Shown piece by piece: positions 18,157 through 25,792 of a stretch of DNA of 64,000 nt (its first letter is position 1; the number at the start of each line of letters is the position of its first letter). The notes beneath the pieces are model-generated. The model saw only the letters and a program-made list of their open reading frames with translations. It did no database searches and was not told where the DNA came from. This stretch comes from an uncultured bacterium (GTDB lineage Bacteria > Babelota > Babeliae > Babelales > Babelaceae): contig OY970332.1 in NCBI GenBank assembly GCA_963717435.1, forward strand, positions 544,001 to 608,000. The letters run 5' to 3'. The position numbers and the translations under genes were made by a program.

Positions 18157-19455
18157 TTATAACAATAAACTCTTATAAAAATTTTGTTCATTAGTTTGGC
18201 CAAAAGCATACTCAAGCGGGAATTTTTCGCAAATCTTTTTTGCCTGATCCTTTATTTGTGCAAGTTTAACTGGAGCTTCATGATTTTTAATAACTTCATC
18301 AATTAAATAAACAAGTTCTTGGACCTCTGAATTTTTCAAGCCTCTTGTTGTAACAGCGGGCGTCCCGATTCTAATTCCACTTGTGATCCATGGCTTTTCG
18401 GTATCAAACGGGATCGTGCTTCTGCTGATAGTAATCCCCGCGGCTGAAAGAGCGCGCTCAGCCTGAAGCCCATTTATATTTTTCGATCTTAAATCTAAAA
18501 CAAATAAATGGTTGTCTGTTCCACCCGAAACAATTCTATATCCCAAATCTTTAAAAGTTTGGGCCATAGTTTTTGCATTACTAACAATTTGCTTTTGATA
18601 TTGAACAAAATCTGGCTTTAGCGCCAATTCAAATGCTACTGCTTTTGCCGCAATAACGTTCATTAGTGGCCCACCCTGAAGCGTGGGAAAAACTGCCTTA
18701 TCAAGAGCAGTGGCAAATTCTGGTTTGCACATCGCCAGGGCACCACGTGGGCCGCGTAAAGTTTTGTGTGTTGTACTTGTTATAAAGTCAGCATAACCAA
18801 CTGGTGTCGGGTGAATTTTGGCGGCAACAAGACCGGCAATATGCGCTATATCTGCCAAAAACAAAGCGCCGCAAGATTTTGCGATATTAGAAAATTTTTC
18901 AAAGTCTATAATTTTTGAATATGCAGATGCGCCTGCGATTATTAATTTAGGCCTATGCTGTTGCGCTAACTCTTCTATCGCATGATAATCAAGCTCTTCT
19001 GTTTTTGGATCAACAAAATATTGAACAGATTTATAAACCGCTCCAGAAAAATTTGCATTATGACCATGAGTTAAATGCCCGCCTGCAGACAGGCTCATGC
19101 CCATTACAGTGTCGCCAGGTTTTAGTGACGCAAAATAGACAGCCATATTGGCCTGCGATCCGGCATGTGGCTGAACATTAACATGTATATTAGTTTGTGA
19201 GTCCGTCTTAAATAACTCACGGCAACGTGATTGCGCAAGTTCTTCAACTTTATCCACAAATTGGCAGCCGCCATAATATCTTTTTCCCGGGTAACCCTCG
19301 GCGTATTTATTTGTTAAAATCGAGGCCGTGGCTTCCAAAACTGCTGGATGGGTGTAATTTTCTGAAGCAATTAAATCTATCTCTTGATTTTGTCTTTTAG
19401 CTTCTTGATCTATTAATTTTGCAATTTCAGGATCAAATTTTTCTAAATTTTTCAT
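18157..19455 (-). CDS. glyA: Serine hydroxymethyltransferase
   Basis: LIASEN, NKYAEGYPGKRYYGG, GGHLTHG, TTHKTLRGPRG, GGTDNH; true start MKNLEKFDPE at 19455. Confidence 0.98.
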   Translation of the reverse strand: MKNLEKFDPEIAKLIDQEAKRQNQEIDLIASENYTHPAVLEATASILTNKYAEGYPGKRYYGGCQFVDKVEELAQSRCRELFKTDSQTNIHVNVQPHAGSQANMAVYFASLKPGDTVMGMSLSAGGHLTHGHNANFSGAVYKSVQYFVDPKTEELDYHAIEELAQQHRPKLIIAGASAYSKIIDFEKFSNIAKSCGALFLADIAHIAGLVAAKIHPTPVGYADFITSTTHKTLRGPRGALAMCKPEFATALDKAVFPTLQGGPLMNVIAAKAVAFELALKPDFVQYQKQIVSNAKTMAQTFKDLGYRIVSGGTDNHLFVLDLRSKNINGLQAERALSAAGITISRSTIPFDTEKPWITSGIRIGTPAVTTRGLKNSEVQELVYLIDEVIKNHEAPVKLAQIKDQAKKICEKFPLEYAFGQTNEQNFYKSLLL

Positions 19456-19462
19456 AATTTTT

Positions 19463-19863
19463 TTATCCCAATATATTTTCGCAAGCCTCAAGAAGCTCAT
19501 CACAAATCTCCATGCAATCACTGCATGCATCAGTTAGATTTTTATCAATACGACCTGAAAATTTTATTATCTCGCCGCACTTTTTAACAACTTCCCCCGA
19601 TTTTGAAATAGATTCCTGCAGTTCTTCTGTATCCACTTTTTTATTGAATTCAAGTTCATATTTTGCAGCTTTAATATATTGCTCGATATTTTTTACGGTT
19701 TGGTGGCATTGAGCAACTGTTTGTTCGATTATTTTTCTAATATTATTATCTTTTTTTCGACCGCATCGATTATATTTTTGCAGCCCTGAATACATAGATT
19801 GCACTGCTTCACGCAATTTTGGTTTGCCAATACATATTCTCTATTTTCCATATTGCTTTTCAT
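19463..19863 (-). pseudogene. Cys-rich four-helix-bundle protein (Csp/DUF326-like), split by a frameshift
   Basis: SD AGGAG plus ATG 19863 gives MKSNMENREYVLANQNCVKQCNLCIQGCKNIIDAVEK. A shift at the A7 run (19751-19757) continues into KDNNIRK...ACSDCMEICDELLEACENILG. Confidence 0.65.
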
Positions 19864-19945
19864 ATTAGTCTCCTAAAATTTATTCTGAATAAAAATTTAA
19901 ACAAAAGCTTAGCAGCAGCTATTGTTTAAGCAAATTTTATATATA

Positions 19946-19974
19946 TTGACAGGTTTGAAGTAATAATATAGCCT
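19946..19974 (+). promoter_or_regulatory. Sigma70-type promoter
   Basis: TTGACA-17 nt-TAGCCT. Confidence 0.5.
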
Positions 19975-20009
19975 AGTTACATAATTAGTTCTTATACGAG
20001 TGGGTGACC

Positions 20010-20087
20010 ATGAACCTGTTTTTATCTTATTTTATGTGTCGAAATTTTTCTGCAGCTACCTTTGTAGCTTCCCCCTGGCGTATCTAA
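20010..20087 (+). CDS. Putative leader peptide (25 aa)
   Basis: MNLFLSYFMCRNFSAATFVASPWRI*, preceded by GAGTGGGTG and followed by a hairpin plus T7. Confidence 0.35.
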   Translation: MNLFLSYFMCRNFSAATFVASPWRI

Positions 20088-20241
20088 TTTTCCAGTCTTG
20101 AAATCTCAAGATTTTTTTAATTCAAATAAATTTATATTTATCAACTATTCTTTCTCTTGGTGGCCGTGAGGCCAAATTAATACTTTTTTAAATTAATTTT
20201 ACTGTTTTTATTTAAATTTTAATTTTGAAAGAAAGACTAAC

Positions 20242-21135
20242 GTGAAAAATATATTATTAGTTTGTTTAGTTTCATTTTCTATTTTTTCTATGGAGAACGC
20301 CGATATATCTGACGCTATTTCCTCTGAAAATAAATATACGTTCCGGCAAGCCTGTGAACAAGATTTGCTGGAATTGCTAGAGTTAATTAATACTCAGGCG
20401 ATTCATGACAAAAATAAAATCGTTATTTTGCCTAAAAAATTTAGGGAAATGATTTTAAAAAAAACAATAGGATCGGGACGTTTATTTGTGGCATTAGATG
20501 AAAATCGAAAAATTGTCGGTTATAAAAAACTTTTTTTGATTACAGATGAATCTGAAAAGCAAGCTATTTTGCAAGACGAAATAAGATGTCTGGCAGGAGG
20601 AGTAAAAAAGTACTCGGGGTTTATTGATGAGTCTTTTAATTTTAGGCAGGAGTCTAGACAGGAAGATAACAAAGATATTTTGGATGCTGATAAATTCTAT
20701 GACGTTTGTATCTATAATGGCGGTGATTATACCCTTCCACAAAGTAGAGACCAGGGTATAAATTCAAAATTAACAGACGCATCTTTAAGGTATTTAAAGC
20801 CAATAATTCTTGATTATTTAAAAGCCAAAAATGCCAATAAGGTTTCTATGTTTTATGGAATAACAGATGAAAATTCGGGGGATTTTCCAGGACATAAGAA
20901 TGATCGAACGGTATCAATAAGTAAATCTTTTATAAAATTTATAAAATCTTTAAAGGATTCCGATCTTAAAGGCTTTGACTTTGAAGATATTGTCCTAAAA
21001 TACAAAAGATATCAGGCATTTATGCCAACATTTGATCCGGAATCAACTGAATTGGCGCCATTGCCCGATGATCAATCTATCTCAGGAAATGGTTGTGTTT
21101 TAACATATGAATTTCAAGAAAGAATTTATGAATAA
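20242..21135 (+). CDS. Secreted hypothetical protein, weak GNAT-like elements
   Basis: Signal peptide; YTFRQA...DL, LFVA...IVGY, TLPQSRDQGINSKL (resembles the GNAT R/QxxGxG motif). Confidence 0.6.
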   Translation: MKNILLVCLVSFSIFSMENADISDAISSENKYTFRQACEQDLLELLELINTQAIHDKNKIVILPKKFREMILKKTIGSGRLFVALDENRKIVGYKKLFLITDESEKQAILQDEIRCLAGGVKKYSGFIDESFNFRQESRQEDNKDILDADKFYDVCIYNGGDYTLPQSRDQGINSKLTDASLRYLKPIILDYLKAKNANKVSMFYGITDENSGDFPGHKNDRTVSISKSFIKFIKSLKDSDLKGFDFEDIVLKYKRYQAFMPTFDPESTELAPLPDDQSISGNGCVLTYEFQERIYE

Positions 21136-22453
21136 AAAAATAATTTTTAGTTTTATTTTTTTGAATTTAAGCTTAGTGCTTTTTAATTTATTTAAACAAA
21201 ACAAAAATTTTCAGATGGGCCATTCAGGCTCATCTGAAACATCAATCGATAATCAAATGATTAAATTTTTACAGTATTATGTAAAAATCGATACAACCCA
21301 TCCAAAACCGGATTATGATAAAGCTATAGATTTTTTAAGAAATCAGGCACAAAGAGATGGTTTTTTGAGTCAAGAAATTAAACTCACTTCTGGTAAAAAA
21401 GTTTTGGTTATAACTTATCCTGGTAAAAATTATGGTAAAGACAAAAATTTAAAATCTTTGGCTCTTAATCATCATATGGATGTTGTGCCGGCTGATGGTA
21501 AAAACTGGATCAAGCCACCTTTTTCCGGAGAAATTTATAATGATTCGATTATTGGGCGTGGCACACAAGATATGAAGGGTATAGCTGCTGTTCATTATTT
21601 CGCATTAAAACAGCTAAAAGATTCTGGCATAACGCCAAACCGAACCATACATATTTTTGCTGTTCCTGACGAAGAGATAGGCGGTTTTTCCGGGACAAAA
21701 GAGTTTGTTGAGACCAATGAATTTAAAAGTTTAAATGTGGGTTATGTTCTTGATGAAGGGCACGCTTCAGGAGATTCTAGTTGTTTGGATATTAAAGTTG
21801 CTGAAAGAAAGCCCATTCAAGTTCAAATAACTAGCTTAGGTAAGCTTTATCATGGATCAAAATTAATGTGCGATAATTCTATACATAATTTAATTAATTT
21901 TTTAAAAAATATTGTTGATATTCATACTGGCCAACAATTAAAGATAAAAAATAATAGGACAAATATTCAGGCTGGAGAGCTTTTATCTTGTAATATTACT
22001 TCTTTGACCTCTGGAGTAAAAAAAGAAAACGGTCACACAGCCCTTAATATGGTTCCTGATGTTGCAACAGCTACAATCGACTTTCGTGTACCATGTAGCA
22101 TGAAAAATAAAAATGTAATTTCTATGTTTGAGAATATTTTAGTCGATTATCCAGCAATAAATTATGAAATTTTGGCTCAGGCGACAGAAGAGCCTGAAAT
22201 AGTTAATTTCAATAATGAATTTTATCAGACTTTGGTTAAAACTATAAAAAAATTTAATTTAGAATCGAGGCCCCATTTTTTTGAAGCTTCTAGTGATTTA
22301 AGGTTTTACCAAGATTTGGGCATATTGGGGCTTGGGTTGACTCCATTTACTATAGAAGATAATATTCACGGCACTAATGAATCTGTGCCAGTTAATGAGT
22401 TAATTAATGCAAAAAATATAGTCCTACAGTTTTTGAAAGATTTTTGCACATGA
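21128..22453 (+). CDS. M20 peptidase, aminoacylase-1-like
   Basis: LNHHMDVVP, GRGTQDMK, PDEEIGG, VLDEG, IHGTNE; N-terminal hydrophobic segment. Confidence 0.92.
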   Translation: MNKKIIFSFIFLNLSLVLFNLFKQNKNFQMGHSGSSETSIDNQMIKFLQYYVKIDTTHPKPDYDKAIDFLRNQAQRDGFLSQEIKLTSGKKVLVITYPGKNYGKDKNLKSLALNHHMDVVPADGKNWIKPPFSGEIYNDSIIGRGTQDMKGIAAVHYFALKQLKDSGITPNRTIHIFAVPDEEIGGFSGTKEFVETNEFKSLNVGYVLDEGHASGDSSCLDIKVAERKPIQVQITSLGKLYHGSKLMCDNSIHNLINFLKNIVDIHTGQQLKIKNNRTNIQAGELLSCNITSLTSGVKKENGHTALNMVPDVATATIDFRVPCSMKNKNVISMFENILVDYPAINYEILAQATEEPEIVNFNNEFYQTLVKTIKKFNLESRPHFFEASSDLRFYQDLGILGLGLTPFTIEDNIHGTNESVPVNELINAKNIVLQFLKDFCT

Positions 22454-22529
22454 GCATAATCCCTTGCGTATATTAAGAAGCTATGTAATATAAAAATTAT
22501 ATTTAAATATAATTTACGGGGGAGTTACC

Positions 22530-23450
22530 TTGGAAAAATTTAATAATATATTTTTAATAGTAGTTTTAAGTTTTATTCCGGGATGTTTTTTTTACAAAAA
22601 AAATGTCACTCCTGCTGTCGGCAAAACAGATAAGGTAACAGTTTCTGTTCATGGAACTCTTCCCCCCGTTGCAAGAAATTTTGTAAATGCGCTAGAATCT
22701 CCAAAGGGGTTATGCCCACTTATGGAGAGACCAAATGCGTTGGTTCTAAGCAGGATGGGTTATGTGCTGCATGAGACCGACCCAAAAATGTTTCCCGCTG
22801 AGACATTTTATCTTTATGGATGGTCGGGCAAATTATGCTTTGAAGAACGTGAAATTACAGCAGAAGATTTATATAAAGCTTTAAAGAAATTATCCGGTAA
22901 AATTACGCTTATCGGTCATAGCCATGGCGGCAATGTGATATTAAATCTGGCTCGGGTTGCCGAAAAATACAATGACAAAAATTTTAGAATTCACAGAATA
23001 ATTTTATTAGCGACGCCCATACAGGAAGTATATGAAAACTTAGAAAAATCTCCTGTTTTTGAAAATATCATATCGATTTATTCAAACACAGATGTTATTC
23101 AGGTCCTGGATCCTCAGGGCCTATATCAAAAAACAAAAGAACATAAAAAGATAAATGGCACAGATAATTCAAAGTCTCCGATGTTTTCAACAAGACTGCT
23201 TCCAGATAACCCCAAAATTAAGCAGGTCAGAGTCTTGCTGAACAAAACCAATCCGGGCCATATGGATTTTGTCAGGGCCAAATTCTTAAGGGCTCTGCCT
23301 AAAATCTTGAAGCTTATTGATAATGCTCCTGAGGGCCAACGCCGCTTTATTGTCAATATTGACCGTCGAGGTGAGCCATATTTTGTCAAAGCTGTACAAA
23401 GGGGGGACGGCCGGCGAGTATATGTCCCAATTGATTCCAAAACGGCGTGA
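22530..23450 (+). CDS. Alpha/beta hydrolase-fold lipoprotein
   Basis: Lipobox FIPGC, VHGT, GHSHGG, LATP. Confidence 0.8.
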   Translation: MEKFNNIFLIVVLSFIPGCFFYKKNVTPAVGKTDKVTVSVHGTLPPVARNFVNALESPKGLCPLMERPNALVLSRMGYVLHETDPKMFPAETFYLYGWSGKLCFEEREITAEDLYKALKKLSGKITLIGHSHGGNVILNLARVAEKYNDKNFRIHRIILLATPIQEVYENLEKSPVFENIISIYSNTDVIQVLDPQGLYQKTKEHKKINGTDNSKSPMFSTRLLPDNPKIKQVRVLLNKTNPGHMDFVRAKFLRALPKILKLIDNAPEGQRRFIVNIDRRGEPYFVKAVQRGDGRRVYVPIDSKTA

Positions 23451-23456
23451 TTTACG

Positions 23457-23530
23457 CCTCGGCGCTCGCCCTGAGTGTTTTTCGTAGCTCTTTAGAGCGT
23501 AGAAAAATGTATCGAATGGGTGCGCCGGGG
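23457..23530 (+). repeat. Intergenic copy of the nested-hairpin palindromic element
   Basis: CCTCGGCGC-TCGCCCT-GAGTG-TTTTTC-GTA-GCTC-TTTA-GAGC-GTA-GAAAAA-TGTATCGA-ATGGGT-GCGCCGGGG. Confidence 0.75.
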
Positions 23531-23621
23531 AAAAATAGCCCGTGTTTGCTTTTTTATCACTATTTTTTATACTTAAAAAATAAAGAAATTATAAAATAGC
23601 CTTATTATAAAGGAAAAAATC

Positions 23622-24194
23622 GTGATATTAGCCGGCGATTTGCGTAAGGGCTCTAAATTACTGTTCAGAAATGAGCCATATATAGTGATAGATTTTCAGC
23701 AAGTTAAACCTGGAAAAGGCGGTACGTACATGCGTACCAAGATGAAAAATCTTATTACGGGTTTAATGCATGAAGAAACATTTAACTCCAGCGAAAAATT
23801 GGAGTCTCCAGATTTAGAATTCCGTGAAGTAATGTATGCCTATAAAGATGGCGACAACTATCAGTTTATAGATCAAGAGAGCTATGAAGAGCTTAGTTTC
23901 ACAAAAAAACAGCTAGCAGATGTGGTTGATTTTTTGAAAGAACAAGAAATTTATACAGTTTTGAACTTTAACGGGCGCCCTATTGGCGTAACAGCCCCTA
24001 ATTTTATGGAACTAAAAGTTATAGAAACTGTTCCTGGTGTTCGTGGCGATACTGCCCAAGGTGCTGCAAATAAACCTGCAAAACTTGAAACTGGCATAAC
24101 AATTCAGGTGCCATTGTTTGTAGTTGAGGGGGATGTTTTAAAAGTTGATACTCGTGATGCAAGTTATATCGAACGTATAGATAAAAAGAAGTAA
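23622..24194 (+). CDS. efp: Elongation factor P
   Basis: KPGKGG, PGVRGDTA, KPAKLETG, VPLFV, KVDTR. Confidence 0.98.
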   Translation: MILAGDLRKGSKLLFRNEPYIVIDFQQVKPGKGGTYMRTKMKNLITGLMHEETFNSSEKLESPDLEFREVMYAYKDGDNYQFIDQESYEELSFTKKQLADVVDFLKEQEIYTVLNFNGRPIGVTAPNFMELKVIETVPGVRGDTAQGAANKPAKLETGITIQVPLFVVEGDVLKVDTRDASYIERIDKKK

Positions 24195-24219
24195 TTTATT
24201 TTTCCGATAGGTCTTTGAT

Positions 24220-24690
24220 ATGTGCTGTGATATGGATGGTTTTTGCGATCTACATAAAGAGGGAAGTATTATTGATTGCAGCCGGTTGTCGCAGCGTAGC
24301 CAGAGAGCAGTGGTTTTAAACCTGCTTTATGCCGCTGACTCATTCGATTATCAAAATAGTTTTGAGTCAATAGTAGACAATTTTTCACGTGGATTTGATA
24401 TAACAATAGATAAAGACAGCTATGTGTTTACTTGTGCATCTAATATCATAGAAAAACGAGAAGAGCTTGATGCGGCCCTTGTGCCATTAATGGAAAATTG
24501 GCGAATAGATCGTATCGGTTTGGTTACCAGGCTTATCTTGAGATTTGCAATCTGGGAATTAAAATACACAGAAACACCGCCTATTGTGGCCATAAATGAA
24601 GCAATTGAACTTGCTAAATGCTTTGGGGAAAAAGATTCTTATAAATTTGTCAATGGTGTTCTTGATGAGTTTGTGAAGAATCAAAAGTAA
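24220..24690 (+). CDS. nusB: Transcription antitermination factor NusB
   Basis: NWRIDR...[28 protein letters not shown]. Confidence 0.95.
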   Translation: MCCDMDGFCDLHKEGSIIDCSRLSQRSQRAVVLNLLYAADSFDYQNSFESIVDNFSRGFDITIDKDSYVFTCASNIIEKREELDAALVPLMENWRIDRIGLVTRLILRFAIWELKYTETPPIVAINEAIELAKCFGEKDSYKFVNGVLDEFVKNQK

Positions 24691-24722
24691 TTTGTTAAAA
24701 TTTATTGTTAGGGAGTTTTGCT

Positions 24723-25049
24723 ATGACAAAGTTCAATTTTAAGCGTTTATTAGCTGTTTCAATGTTTGTTTTTCTTTTTTCTTTTGGCCCAGTTATTTAT
24801 TTATTATTATTTGGTCAATATCTTAATACAGCACAAATGATAGATTACGGTATCTATTTTAATTTTGTTTATGCTTTATTTCCGCTATTATTTTTAAAAT
24901 TTAATTGGAAAACAATCGACCCAGAAGGCAAGCTTAACTTTACTTGGTCTGCTTTCTTTAAAGTATATGGTGCGTTTTTAATTTTTAACTTGATCTGGTT
25001 GGTTATTAATTTGTTTTTTCAATCTAAATTATCGTCATTATTGTCGTAA
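24723..25049 (+). CDS. Small three-TM membrane protein
   Basis: Three hydrophobic segments; SD GGGAG. Confidence 0.6.
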   Translation: MTKFNFKRLLAVSMFVFLFSFGPVIYLLLFGQYLNTAQMIDYGIYFNFVYALFPLLFLKFNWKTIDPEGKLNFTWSAFFKVYGAFLIFNLIWLVINLFFQSKLSSLLS

Positions 25050-25666
25050 CTTTGGGTATTATCTTTAAATTGTATATCTTCTTCTTCCAGCCAGTTTTTC
25101 CAGAATGGTGTAATCTTCTGATTAGAGTGTAATATAAGTTTATGACCAAATTTTTCAGCCAAATATTTTTCATCAAGAAGTTGATTTTGTAATTTGGCTA
25201 TTAATTCTGGCCTGTATTCTGTAAATTCCCAACAAATGTTTTTTAGTTCCCACACGATTTTATAGTTTGGGTTTACTATATCAAAAACTCTTTTTATATT
25301 TTTTAAGGCGCAATATGCTACAACTTGAAATTCAAGATCATCTAAGTATTTAGTATTTAAATTTGCACTTTCTGTGACTTCATAAACTAGCCCCTTTAAA
25401 AAATTATCGCGACCCTTTTTGGGTTTTATATTATTTCTTTTTACTAATCTATCTATAGATATTATTAAATTTTCAAAACCGGGCTTTTGAGCATGAAGCT
25501 TGATTGCCTGATTTAAATTTTTATAATTATGTTCAATAATAAAACTTTTGGTTTTTGAGCTTTTTATTAGTTTAAGTAGCTCGTGTTTGCCAGCGTTAAT
25601 ATCAAAATTAATGCTTAAATTAAGAGCTAATAAAAAAAAGATTATTTTTTTAAATTTATATAACAT
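25019..25666 (-). CDS. Secreted protein with putative PD-(D/E)xK (restriction-endonuclease-fold) domain
   Basis: Signal peptide; GLVYE...FDI...WELKN...QNQL spacing. Confidence 0.5.
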   Translation of the reverse strand: MLYKFKKIIFFLLALNLSINFDINAGKHELLKLIKSSKTKSFIIEHNYKNLNQAIKLHAQKPGFENLIISIDRLVKRNNIKPKKGRDNFLKGLVYEVTESANLNTKYLDDLEFQVVAYCALKNIKRVFDIVNPNYKIVWELKNICWEFTEYRPELIAKLQNQLLDEKYLAEKFGHKLILHSNQKITPFWKNWLEEEDIQFKDNTQSYDNNDDNLD

Positions 25667-25792
25667 TATCGCGTCCCTTTTTTACTAATAACTAAAAAAA
25701 GCTAGTTACTTTGGTCAATAAATTATATAAAAATCTAAATTTTTAAATTAAAATTATTTTTATAGAATTTATAAAAATAATTTAGGAGTTTT

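Noticed and set aside
19456-19530. N-terminal extension of GlyA in the ORF track
   Set aside because: It overlaps the upstream Cys-rich gene; SHMT homology begins at MKNLEKFD (19455).
23457-23530. tRNA or simple terminator
   Set aside because: No cloverleaf, T-loop or CCA. The long interrupted hairpin matches the asnB element instead.
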